Positions 48,655 through 57,059 of a stretch of 64,000 nt of DNA are shown piece after piece. Positions within the stretch are counted from its first letter, which is position 1, and every line of letters starts with the position of its first letter. The translations under genes were made by a program, and so were the position numbers. Under the pieces are notes generated by a model. That model searched no databases, was not told the origin of the DNA, and saw only the letters and a program-made list of their open reading frames with translations. This DNA is from Minisyncoccota bacterium (GTDB lineage: Bacteria > Patescibacteriota > Minisyncoccia > Phycocordibacterales > UBA2100), in contig JALHPE010000002.1 of NCBI GenBank assembly GCA_022842645.1, positions 65,569 to 129,568 on the forward strand, in the 5' to 3' direction.

Positions 48655-48886
48655 TAATTCCAAAATGCACTCTTTAAGCAACTTCCTCGCCTGCCGCATC
48701 CAAGACGCCAACACCATGTACACCTTCAAGTGGAACGAAACGAGTGGGCAACTCCACAAGCGCGCCTCTGGCACGTGGTCTACCATGGGGAGCAGTACGG
48801 GAGGTATCGCAAACGGCTCCACCGTTATGCTCCGCTGTGATTGGAGTGCCATTACGGCACTTGATGATGGGGCCACCAGACTCTAA
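48655..48886 (+). pseudogene. Orphan Rhs-module fragment paralogous to 47328-47402
   Basis: GIANGSTVMLRCD(W/G)S.ITALDDGAT repeated; identical 27-mer at 47340-47366 and 48815-48841. Confidence 0.75.
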
Positions 48887-48915
48887 AAGCTTCTTTATTG
48901 TGCTAAAATCGCCCC

Positions 48916-50061
48916 ATGAAGCTTGTATTGACGGGGGGAGGCACAGGGGGGCATTTTTACCCCCTTATTGCGGTTGTGGAGGCAATTGAAGACATTTGCA
49001 AAGAACGCCGCCTTGTCGAACCCCAGTATTTTTATATTGGTCCTGAACCTTTCGATTCTCGCGCACTTTTGGAGCACGACATTCAATACATCAAAGCACC
49101 AGCAGGGAAGATGCCGAGGGATTCTCGGGTGCCAAACCCACTCAACATGCTCCGTGCCTGGTTGGGAGTAATAAAAAGCTTCTTCACACTATTCTCGCTC
49201 TTTCCAGACGTTATTTTTTCAACGGGTGGCTATGCGGCATTCCCCACACTTGCCGCGGCGCGACTTCTCGGTATTCCCGTCATTATCTATGACGCAGATG
49301 CAACGCCTGGGAGAGTGTCTCTCTGGGCGGCAAAATTTGCAAAATGGATTGCCGTTGCGCACCCCGATGCAGCAAACGCATTTCCGGAGAAAACGCGTAA
49401 AAAAATAGCGCGCACGGGGCATCCCATCCGCACTGAAATTGAAAAAAGGTCTCCTGAAGGCGGCCACGAATTCTTGAAGCTCGACCCTAGTGTGCCAACC
49501 ATCCTCATCTTGGGCGGCTCACAAGGAGCGCAGGCCATAAACAACGTTCTTATGGACGCGCTCCCACAACTCGTCAGTTCCTACAACATTGTGCATCAAG
49601 CAGGTGCCGCAAATCTTGCCGACGCAACCGGACTTGCGAGCGTTGTTTTAAAAAACAATCAGTACGCTGAACGCTACCGTGCGTTTGGTCTTTTAAATGC
49701 GCTCGCACTCAAGATGTCGGCAGGTATTTCCTCTCTCGTAGTTGCCCGTGCCGGAAGCGGCACCATCTTTGAAATCTCCTCGTGGGGTATCCCTGCGATT
49801 CTCGTCCCTATTCCGGAAGATATTTCGCATGATCAGACAGAGAACGCCTATTCGTATGCCCGTGCCGGAGCGGCACTGGTGGTGGAGCAGAAGAATCTCA
49901 CCCAACACCTCTTGCTTGCAGAAATCGAACGTCTGATGGGAGATGAGATGGTGCGCAAGCGCATGAGTGAAGCGGCGCTTGCATTTGCGCGCCCGGGTGC
50001 TGGGCGCAAAATCGCTGAAGTTATTCTTGAGACAGGCATTTCGCATGAACCACAGGCATAA
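48916..50061 (+). CDS. murG: Undecaprenyl-PP-MurNAc-pentapeptide GlcNAc transferase
   Basis: GGGTGGH, TGGY, GGSQGA, RAGSGT, DQTENA. Confidence 0.96.
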   Translation: MKLVLTGGGTGGHFYPLIAVVEAIEDICKERRLVEPQYFYIGPEPFDSRALLEHDIQYIKAPAGKMPRDSRVPNPLNMLRAWLGVIKSFFTLFSLFPDVIFSTGGYAAFPTLAAARLLGIPVIIYDADATPGRVSLWAAKFAKWIAVAHPDAANAFPEKTRKKIARTGHPIRTEIEKRSPEGGHEFLKLDPSVPTILILGGSQGAQAINNVLMDALPQLVSSYNIVHQAGAANLADATGLASVVLKNNQYAERYRAFGLLNALALKMSAGISSLVVARAGSGTIFEISSWGIPAILVPIPEDISHDQTENAYSYARAGAALVVEQKNLTQHLLLAEIERLMGDEMVRKRMSEAALAFARPGAGRKIAEVILETGISHEPQA

Positions 50062-50200
50062 AATCCGAAATCCTAATATCGAAATCCTAAACAAATTCTA
50101 AATATGAAATTAGAAAATCACAAACAACCAAATCAAGTTTCTGGCTTTGAATTTTTGATTTTGTGTTTGTTTAGAGTTTAGGATTTAGTGCTTGGAATTT
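50061..50200. repeat. Inverted 7-nt periodic repeat (AAATCCn arm / reverse-complement arm) before gltX
   Basis: aaatccg aaatcct aatatcg aaatcct aaacaaa ... tttgttta gagttta ggattta gtgcttg gaattt. Confidence 0.75.
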
Positions 50201-50201
50201 T

Positions 50202-51539
50202 ATGCATGTACGCACTCGCATCGCTCCCTCACCCACAGGATTTTTTCATATCGGAACCGCACGCACGGCACTTTTTAACTATCTTTTCGCTCAAAAACAT
50301 GGCGGACAATTCATCCTTCGCATCGAAGATACCGATAAAGAACGCAACACCAAGGAATCCGAGGAGGACATCTACGCCCAAATGATGTGGCTGGGCTATG
50401 CCTACGATGAAAAATACATCCAATCCGAACATCTCGAGGAGCACACGAAACTCTTGAAGCGCCTGGTTGATACTGATCGTGCGTATGTCTCCAAGGAAGA
50501 AGCGAAGGACGGCTCAGGAAGGATGGTCGAGGTTGTGCGTCTGCGAAATCCGGGTAAAACCATCACCTTCGATGACGCGGTGCGCGGCGCTATATCATTC
50601 GATACGACAGAGCTCAAAGATTTTGTGATTGCACGTTCAGTCACCGATCCTCTCTACCATTTTGCAGTAGTCGCAGACGATGGTGCGGCACAAATTACAC
50701 ACGTCATTCGCGGGGAAGAGCACATATCAAATACGCCTCGTCAAATTCTCATACAAGAGGCTTTGGAGTTACCGCGTCCAATATACGGGCACATTCCTCT
50801 TATCCTCATGCCTGATCGTTCGAAAATGTCGAAACGCAAACATAAAACGGCAGTAAAAGATTATAGAGAAAGAGGATATCTTCCCGAGGCGATGAATAAC
50901 TTTTTGGCACTTCTGGGCTGGAGCGCCGGGGAAGGAGATAGAGAGCTTTTTTCGCTTTCAGAACTTATTGAACATTTTGACCTTGCGCGCGTGCATAAAA
51001 GCGGTGCTATTTTCAACGAGGAAAAATTAAAGTGGTTTAATAGGGAATATCTTTTAAAGCTTACCCAAACGGATTTTGCAACAGAGGCTTTGGGGCGCTT
51101 GAAAGACGCACTCGCCTCACGCGTCTCCTGGGATGGGGAGCGTGCACAGGCGCTTCTTCCCATTCTTCGTGAGCGCATATCCCTCTGGGGCGATATTTCC
51201 GAACTTGCGAACGCGGGGGAGTTTGATTATTACTTTACGCCCCCTCAGCCAGAAAAAGCCCGGATTCCGGACAAAAAAAGTGATTCTACGACCGCCCTCG
51301 CGCACCTCACAGAGACCGCCATACGCCTCAAAAACGTCTCTCAGTGGACCCCGGAGGGCATTAAGGAGGCTTTATGGAGCTATGCAGAAAAGGAGGGTCG
51401 CGGAGCAGTCCTGTGGCCGCTTCGATACGCGCTCTCAGGAAAAGACAAGTCTCCCGACCCTTTTTCCCTTGCAGTGCTTTTAGGACAGGAAGAAACGCTC
51501 TCTCGAATACAAACCGCATGCGATATACTGAACGAATGA
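50202..51539 (+). CDS. gltX: Glutamate--tRNA ligase
   Basis: RIAPSPTG..HIGT, LRIEDTD, ITHVIRGEEH, KMSKR. Confidence 0.97.
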   Translation: MHVRTRIAPSPTGFFHIGTARTALFNYLFAQKHGGQFILRIEDTDKERNTKESEEDIYAQMMWLGYAYDEKYIQSEHLEEHTKLLKRLVDTDRAYVSKEEAKDGSGRMVEVVRLRNPGKTITFDDAVRGAISFDTTELKDFVIARSVTDPLYHFAVVADDGAAQITHVIRGEEHISNTPRQILIQEALELPRPIYGHIPLILMPDRSKMSKRKHKTAVKDYRERGYLPEAMNNFLALLGWSAGEGDRELFSLSELIEHFDLARVHKSGAIFNEEKLKWFNREYLLKLTQTDFATEALGRLKDALASRVSWDGERAQALLPILRERISLWGDISELANAGEFDYYFTPPQPEKARIPDKKSDSTTALAHLTETAIRLKNVSQWTPEGIKEALWSYAEKEGRGAVLWPLRYALSGKDKSPDPFSLAVLLGQEETLSRIQTACDILNE

Positions 51540-52789
51540 GAGTTTGGCTCTTCCCAGTATTGTGCGTTTTTTTTGTGTATCCGCTTGTTCTTTCAGCACA
51601 AAATGCTGAAGAGATCCGTAAAAATATCCAAGATCAAAAAAGCAAACTTGATGCCATCAATAGAGAAATTGCAGCGTACGAATCGCAACTTGTTGAAATT
51701 GGAGGCAAAAAACAAACACTCCAAACGGCAGTAAACGGTCTCGATATTTCTGTAAAGCGCACACAAGCAAAAGTGCGTGCGAAACAAGGTCAGATTGCAA
51801 CGACTGAACTTGAGATTCAGCAGCTCACGGGAGAAATTGTTGGGAAAGAAGAAGTGATCAAAATTGAATCAGATGCAATCGCAGGGACAATCCGTAAGCT
51901 TCGAGAAGCAGAAGACTATTCACTTGTTGAGATGCTTTTGGGCTCAAAAAACGTAGGGGAATTGTGGGGCGACACGGAGGTCGTTCGCACTATTCAAGAT
52001 TCCATGCGTATGCATGTTGATTCGCTGGAAGAGGCGCGCGAAGTGCTTGCCGAGGATCGTGACGAAGCTCAAATAAAGCGAGAATTGCTCGTCACGCAAA
52101 AAGATGAGCTTGCAGAGGAAGAACGTTCGCTCGCAGTGCAAAAAAAAGAACAACAGGGATTGCTTTCAAGAACAAAAAATCAAGAGGCAAACTATCAAAA
52201 GCTTTTAGCTGATAAACGCGCTGCGCGCGCTGCGTTTGAATCTGCCCTGAGTGATCTTGAATCAAAATTGCAATATACACTTGATCCATCGCGTCTTCCT
52301 TCCGTTGGTAAGGGAATCTTACGCTGGCCACTCGACAATGTGTTTATCACTCAACAATTTGGCAGAACGGCAGATTCCGGTCGTTTATATGTTTCTGGTA
52401 CGCACAATGGCGTTGATTTTAGAGCCTCTATTGGCACACCAATTAAGAGTGCTCTTGCGGGTACTGTGCAAGGCACGGGCAACACAGACGCTATTGCGGG
52501 TTGCTACTCTTACGGCAAATGGATACTGATTAAACACGGCAATGGACTTTCAACATTGTATGCACACCTCTCGGACATCAATGTTTCCGAGGGACAAAGC
52601 ATCAGCACTGGTCAGGTTATTGGGTATTCGGGCTTCACAGGCTACGCCACAGGTCCACACCTGCACTTTACAGTTTTTGCGTCTGATGCTGTCCAAATCC
52701 GTAAACTAAGTTCCGGAAAGGGCTGTAACAATGCGGTCATCCCGGTCTCTGCTGCAAGTGGTTATTTGAATCCACTTGATTATCTCTAG
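51536..52789 (+). CDS. Secreted coiled-coil M23 metallopeptidase (murein hydrolase)
   Basis: Signal peptide, long coiled coil, HNGVD, YAHL, TGPHLHF, NPLDYL. Confidence 0.92.
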   Translation: MRVWLFPVLCVFFVYPLVLSAQNAEEIRKNIQDQKSKLDAINREIAAYESQLVEIGGKKQTLQTAVNGLDISVKRTQAKVRAKQGQIATTELEIQQLTGEIVGKEEVIKIESDAIAGTIRKLREAEDYSLVEMLLGSKNVGELWGDTEVVRTIQDSMRMHVDSLEEAREVLAEDRDEAQIKRELLVTQKDELAEEERSLAVQKKEQQGLLSRTKNQEANYQKLLADKRAARAAFESALSDLESKLQYTLDPSRLPSVGKGILRWPLDNVFITQQFGRTADSGRLYVSGTHNGVDFRASIGTPIKSALAGTVQGTGNTDAIAGCYSYGKWILIKHGNGLSTLYAHLSDINVSEGQSISTGQVIGYSGFTGYATGPHLHFTVFASDAVQIRKLSSGKGCNNAVIPVSAASGYLNPLDYL

Positions 52790-52811
52790 AAAATGTAAAA
52801 CACGGCATGTC

Positions 52812-53444
52812 TTACATTTTTGGCCATTCGAGAATATCGAGTGCTTTTATTTCAATCTTCGTTGCACGGCGGAGACGGCGCATGGTCGAATCAGAAGCGA
52901 TTGAATAGTAATGACCCTTTGCAATTTTCGTTAAGAGCCACTCAAGTGGCTTTTCGTTTATAACCCAACGCTCAGGTGGGAAAAGAGACAGATCAAATGG
53001 CTTTGAAAATCCGCGGAGCGATTTACGACCATCGTGGAGATAGTATTCATGGAAATAACTCATTGCGAGTTCGCGCGGCGTCTCGTACACGGGATCTCGG
53101 TATCTAAGAACGGTATGATTTGTCTTCGATATCGCACCCCAGCGGTTTTTTTCTTTAAAGAGCGCGACACAATGATCTTCATCATCGTATGTAGTCGCAA
53201 AATCCATGAGGAGCGGTTTTTTGCCATGATATGCCAAGACTGCTGCAGCAAGCACAGCACCTTCAAAACAATGCGCAGTTTTGTGTTTGAGCACATTTCG
53301 GGGCGAATAATTAGTCTCGCCACCCAGTTCGTAATTCGTCGGTATCGATTCTAAAAAATTTTGGATTTTAGTAGGGGAGTCGAGTTTAGAAAATATGCGT
53401 CGCTCAACAGGTGTTAGAAGTTTCCGAATCTCGGCGCGGAGCAT
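52812..53444 (-). CDS. Conserved protein, transglutaminase/papain-like Cys-His motifs
   Basis: KIQNFL, AHCFEGA, DHCVALF, WGAISKTNH..LRYRDPVY, LAMSYFHEY. Confidence 0.78.
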   Translation of the reverse strand: MLRAEIRKLLTPVERRIFSKLDSPTKIQNFLESIPTNYELGGETNYSPRNVLKHKTAHCFEGAVLAAAVLAYHGKKPLLMDFATTYDDEDHCVALFKEKNRWGAISKTNHTVLRYRDPVYETPRELAMSYFHEYYLHDGRKSLRGFSKPFDLSLFPPERWVINEKPLEWLLTKIAKGHYYSIASDSTMRRLRRATKIEIKALDILEWPKM

Positions 53445-53460
53445 GGGGGAAGTATAAGTT

Positions 53461-53495
53461 GGGAGATGAGAGGTGGGAAATGAGAAGAGAGAATA
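53461..53495. repeat. 7-nt periodic purine repeat upstream of -10 box
   Basis: gggagat gagaggt gggaaat gagaaga gagaata. Confidence 0.6.
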
Positions 53496-53644
53496 GATCC
53501 TCCGCAAGAGCGCCTGTGCGAACCGAAGGCTGGCACAGGCGTGCGAGCTTCTTTGGAGTAATTCCGCGGGCTTTGCCCTCAGTATTACTTCGCAAAAGAT
53601 ATATTGTGCGAAGCTAGGCACGGGAGCGCGAGGCTAAGCTATCC
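53491..53644 (-). ncRNA. Candidate structured RNA or hairpin element (~155 nt)
   Basis: Nested stems GGAUAG/CUAUUC, CCUCGC/GCGGAGG, GUGC-AGCUUC/GAAGCU-GCAC, AGUAAU/AUUACU, GGGC-AAA-GCCC, side stem GCCUGUGC/GCACAGGC. Confidence 0.45.
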
Positions 53645-53658
53645 ACACCCCCCCAACC

Positions 53659-54165
53659 TCACCAGACGCCCTCCTCCCCTCGAACTCCGCGCAGATATGC
53701 CTCAATCACTCTTCGTGTTTTTGGTGAGACTGTTTCTGGTAAATTATGTAAATCAAAACTCCCCCGCTGAAGAATTTCTGCTCCGGGGAGGAGGCGCATT
53801 GTCCCGTCAAATTTTTCGGTAAAAAATACTCGCACCCTATCCCCCATTCCGAAGATTCGGCGATCATAGAGCCCAACTTCGCCATCAAGTTTTGATATTT
53901 CAAATCCTGTTTCTTCACGCGCTTCACGTTTTGCCGCATCTTCGTCGGACTCATTTCTTTCAACGGTGCCACCGGGAAGTGTCCAGACCCAAGGGGCATA
54001 GGCATGCTTTACAAGGATTACACGATTTTCGCGTAGCAGTAGAATCCGCACATTATGACTCTCTCTTCCCCGGCGAAGTAATTTGCGAACAAGAAGACGA
54101 AGTGCATGCAAAAGACGCATGCAAAAAAGGGAAATGCGCATACCGATCTCGCGGAGTGCGCGCAT
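53659..54165 (-). CDS. NUDIX hydrolase
   Basis: WTLPGGTVERNESDEDAAKREAREETG. Confidence 0.9.
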   Translation of the reverse strand: MRALREIGMRISLFCMRLLHALRLLVRKLLRRGRESHNVRILLLRENRVILVKHAYAPWVWTLPGGTVERNESDEDAAKREAREETGFEISKLDGEVGLYDRRIFGMGDRVRVFFTEKFDGTMRLLPGAEILQRGSFDLHNLPETVSPKTRRVIEAYLRGVRGEEGVW

Positions 54166-54170
54166 AGTAA

Positions 54171-54920
54171 TTATGACTTGATCTTCTCAAGTGCGCGGAG
54201 TACCTCAAGGGGCACGGCAAAAACGATAGTGTTGGATTGATCGCTGGAGATATCGTTGATGCTCTGGAGTGTACGGAGATGTAGTGCGCCCGGTGCTGCA
54301 GCAAGTGTGTGCGCGGCCTTCGACATATTTTCTGCGGCAATAACTTCTCCTTCGGCGCGAATAATGACCGCACGCTTTTCGCGCTCCGCTTCAGCCTGCT
54401 TTGCGATGGTGCGCTCCATATCTTGCGGGAGTGCAATGTCTTTGAGTTCGACATTCATAACCTTTATACCCCACGGATCGGATGCCACATCGACAACGTT
54501 TCTGATGCGTTCAGAAATCTTGTCACGCTGCGCGAGGAGCTCATCGAGCTCTACTTCGCCGACAGCATTCCTCATGGTTGTCTGGGCCAGTTGCGACATG
54601 GCGTAAATAAAATCTTCAACTTCAAGAATAGCCTTTGCAGCATCCGAAACGCGGTAATAGATAACAGCATTTACGCCAACCGATATGTTGTCTTTTGTAA
54701 TCGCCTTCTGCTCAGGCACGTCAACCGCTTTCGTGCGCATATCTACCTTCTGCATAGATTGGAAGATAGGAATGACAATTCTCCATCCCGGCTCTTTGAT
54801 CGCAGTAAATTTACCAATGGTAAAGAACACTCCTTTTTCGTATTGATTCACCTGGCGAATAATTGCAACCAACACACTGATGCCGATAAAAAGCCACAAG
54901 AGGGCGGCGAAGATATTCAT
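54171..54920 (-). CDS. SPFH/stomatin (slipin) family protein
   Basis: Q..ITKDN.SV.VNAV.YYRV, AQTTMRN, PWGIKV..VELKD, QAEAERE, LRTLQ. Confidence 0.95.
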   Translation of the reverse strand: MNIFAALLWLFIGISVLVAIIRQVNQYEKGVFFTIGKFTAIKEPGWRIVIPIFQSMQKVDMRTKAVDVPEQKAITKDNISVGVNAVIYYRVSDAAKAILEVEDFIYAMSQLAQTTMRNAVGEVELDELLAQRDKISERIRNVVDVASDPWGIKVMNVELKDIALPQDMERTIAKQAEAEREKRAVIIRAEGEVIAAENMSKAAHTLAAAPGALHLRTLQSINDISSDQSNTIVFAVPLEVLRALEKIKS

Positions 54921-54929
54921 ATACAACTA

Positions 54930-55247
54930 CTATACTCCTCTCGGTTTATGCGCGCCACGGATTTCAGATTTAGTTATTTTTACGTGAGAAGCGCGCAGAA
55001 TCCCCTCCTTAAGCGCGTCGACGTCAAATCCATATATAGCCAATTCTCTTTCCGGCATATTGTCCCTCTTTTGAAATCGGAGAATTTCAGCAAGGAGGGT
55101 GTCCGCGTGCGCTTTGTTTACAAAATCTTTACCAGGGTGTGTTTTCTGCCATTCGTAAAAGCCATGCACGATTTTTTTAACAGATACAGCTTTTTCTCTA
55201 GAAAATTTCTTTCCATTAAGTGATCCATCCATAATTATTTTTTCCAA
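54930..55247 (-). CDS. Hypothetical protein (~100 aa)
   Basis: Fills the gap between co-oriented genes, overlaps exonuclease stop. Confidence 0.55.
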   Translation of the reverse strand: MEKIIMDGSLNGKKFSREKAVSVKKIVHGFYEWQKTHPGKDFVNKAHADTLLAEILRFQKRDNMPERELAIYGFDVDALKEGILRASHVKITKSEIRGAHKPRGV

Positions 55248-55834
55248 GGAATCCCAAACTGATCAAAGTCAGGAAGTAGTTTCCTGTCATAGAGAAGTCG
55301 TGAGATAACTTCAGCGTGAGACAGTGCGCCAGTCAGTGCGTTGTGGGGATTTGGTTCCTCGGGGATGCCGCAGTAATTGAGGACGGCGTCGAGATCGAGT
55401 GCGGAGCGGCGATGTTTTGGATCAATTGGCGGTTGCATTCCCCTCCCCACCATATGCGCCCAACAAAGCGTGTGCGTATCAATGGTGCGATACGCGAACG
55501 GCCAATCCGTGTGCCCTGCTCTCCCGCATGCATATTTCACAAAATCGCGATCAAAAGAAACATTCTGCCCCGCGAGTGTTCGATTTTGTAAATCTTTGCT
55601 CCAATCCAAAAAACGATGCACAAGATCGGCCTCACTTTGCTTATTAGAATCAGTGATTTGTTCTTTGGTGAATCCATTCACTTTGAGTGCCTCGTCCATA
55701 ATGTGCGCCCCGTCCCACACACGACACTCTTCATACAAACGATTGGAAGGATTAAAAAGATCGAGCGCACCTAAAGAAACAATGGAGTGTTTGTGCGCTT
55801 CTGTTCCGGAAGCTTCAACATCAATAACCAACAT
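55235..55834 (-). CDS. DEDDh 3'-5' exonuclease
   Basis: VIDVEASG, GQNVSFD, IDT, HNALTGA (final Asp replaced by Gly). Confidence 0.88.
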   Translation of the reverse strand: MLVIDVEASGTEAHKHSIVSLGALDLFNPSNRLYEECRVWDGAHIMDEALKVNGFTKEQITDSNKQSEADLVHRFLDWSKDLQNRTLAGQNVSFDRDFVKYACGRAGHTDWPFAYRTIDTHTLCWAHMVGRGMQPPIDPKHRRSALDLDAVLNYCGIPEEPNPHNALTGALSHAEVISRLLYDRKLLPDFDQFGIPWKK

Positions 55835-55840
55835 AAAACA

Positions 55841-55907
55841 AGTATATGGTATTTAGTATTTGGTATCTAGTATGCATACAAAATACGATATACGAGATAC
55901 TACATAC
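55841..55907. repeat. Inverted 7-nt periodic repeat (GTATnnn)x5 / (nnnATAC)x5
   Basis: gtatatg gtattta gtatttg gtatcta gtat-gc-atac aaaatac gatatac gagatac tacatac. Confidence 0.8.
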
Positions 55908-56274
55908 CCGGATTGAGTCCTGCGCAATTTTTTGAGGGTGTATACCCTGCTTTTTGAGCAGCCGTCTCATCCGCAAACCATACCTGGTTCTCCCTCTTCA
56001 TTTGAGATGCGCCAGGGCACCAGGGATAGTGATAGACCTCACCCGTTCGGGAGGCGACGATAAGGCCACCAATATGCATTCCACGAGGCTCTCCTGCCTC
56101 AGGAGCTATTCTGACCGCCACAGAGGGCTGCGAGGCCTCAGAAGCTGAAATTTGGCCTAAAAAGAAGCTTCCAAAGGCAGTAAGGAGGATAATGAGGATA
56201 ATCCCCCACTCTTCTAGGAGCCCGCCTCCAACGGATTTGACCTTCTCCCACATTTCCTGTATTCTGCTTGCCAC
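55900..56274 (-). CDS. Membrane-anchored Ada-type metal-binding domain protein
   Basis: TM helix, VASRTGEVYHYPWC...F..E..AQKAGY.PS.NC; GTG start 6 nt after TACAAT. Confidence 0.8.
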   Translation of the reverse strand: MASRIQEMWEKVKSVGGGLLEEWGIILIILLTAFGSFFLGQISASEASQPSVAVRIAPEAGEPRGMHIGGLIVASRTGEVYHYPWCPGASQMKRENQVWFADETAAQKAGYTPSKNCAGLNPGM

Positions 56275-56302
56275 ACGAGGATTGTAGCGTGTTTTAGGCA
56301 CT

Positions 56303-56337
56303 CCCTAGACCCTATCCCCTAGTGGCTAAACCCTACC
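56303..56337 (+). repeat. 7-nt periodic repeat (CCCTAnn) before rpmA start
   Basis: ccctaga ccctatc ccctagt ggctaaa ccctacc cat ATG. Confidence 0.7.
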
Positions 56338-56340
56338 CAT

Positions 56341-56622
56341 ATGGCAACAACAAAAGCAGCAGGAACAGCAAAAAACCTGAACGACTCAAATCCGAAGTAC
56401 CTCGGCGTTAAACGCTCCGATGGCACTAAGGTGGGCATCGGTGAAATAATTGTCCGCCAACGCGGTACAAAAATTATGGCTGGCCGCAATATCGGCATTG
56501 GTTCAGATCACACTCTTTTCGCAAAGGTTGCAGGTTCGGTGAAATTCAGCACCAAACGCAAACAGGATTTCGATGGTCGCACTTCAGTTCGTGCACAAGT
56601 AGAAATTGTGCCCGCTAAGTAG
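56341..56622 (+). CDS. rpmA: 50S ribosomal protein L27
   Basis: [31 protein letters not shown]. Confidence 0.96.
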   Translation: MATTKAAGTAKNLNDSNPKYLGVKRSDGTKVGIGEIIVRQRGTKIMAGRNIGIGSDHTLFAKVAGSVKFSTKRKQDFDGRTSVRAQVEIVPAK

Positions 56623-57058
56623 CGGTAATAGCAACAATAAACGTCGCCACGTGTTCCCCAAGGCGCACTTCAACCGGCCATTCGCCGGTTTGTTTTATTG
56701 GCATCTTTGGGTGTACATTTTTCGCTTCTACAGTAATGCCCGCTTGAAGTGCGAGCATTGCAGCAATTTCCTCGGAAGAAACTTTTTGATAGAGGTGTCC
56801 TTGCGCATTTCCTGGCGCATTTAGATTTATCATGATTCCCTCTATTTTTTTCTTGAGCGCGCGCCCCGTAGAATCTTCAGCTTCCCTATGAGCCCGAGCC
56901 TTAGCCTGTGCCTCTGTGTGTACTGCTAATTTTTCTGGCGTTGCCGGTTCCGCGAGCTTCTTTGGAAGAAGCATATTAAGCGCATAACCGTCTGCCACAT
57001 CTTTCACACTCCCCTTTTGTCCCACCCCCGGCATATCGCGAAGAAGGATTACTTTCAT
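56615..57058 (-). CDS. rplI: 50S ribosomal protein L9
   Basis: [37 protein letters not shown]. Confidence 0.95.
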   Translation of the reverse strand: MKVILLRDMPGVGQKGSVKDVADGYALNMLLPKKLAEPATPEKLAVHTEAQAKARAHREAEDSTGRALKKKIEGIMINLNAPGNAQGHLYQKVSSEEIAAMLALQAGITVEAKNVHPKMPIKQTGEWPVEVRLGEHVATFIVAITAT

Positions 57059-57059
57059 A

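Noticed and set aside
53506-53545. Hairpin loosely resembling group II intron domain V; GGGGGTG at 53655 resembling a tmRNA 5' end
   Set aside because: Lacks the domain V bulge geometry and domain VI; no tmRNA T-arm or CCA end
54309-55223. 304-aa plus-strand ORF
   Set aside because: Antisense to the well-supported SPFH gene; no recognisable domain
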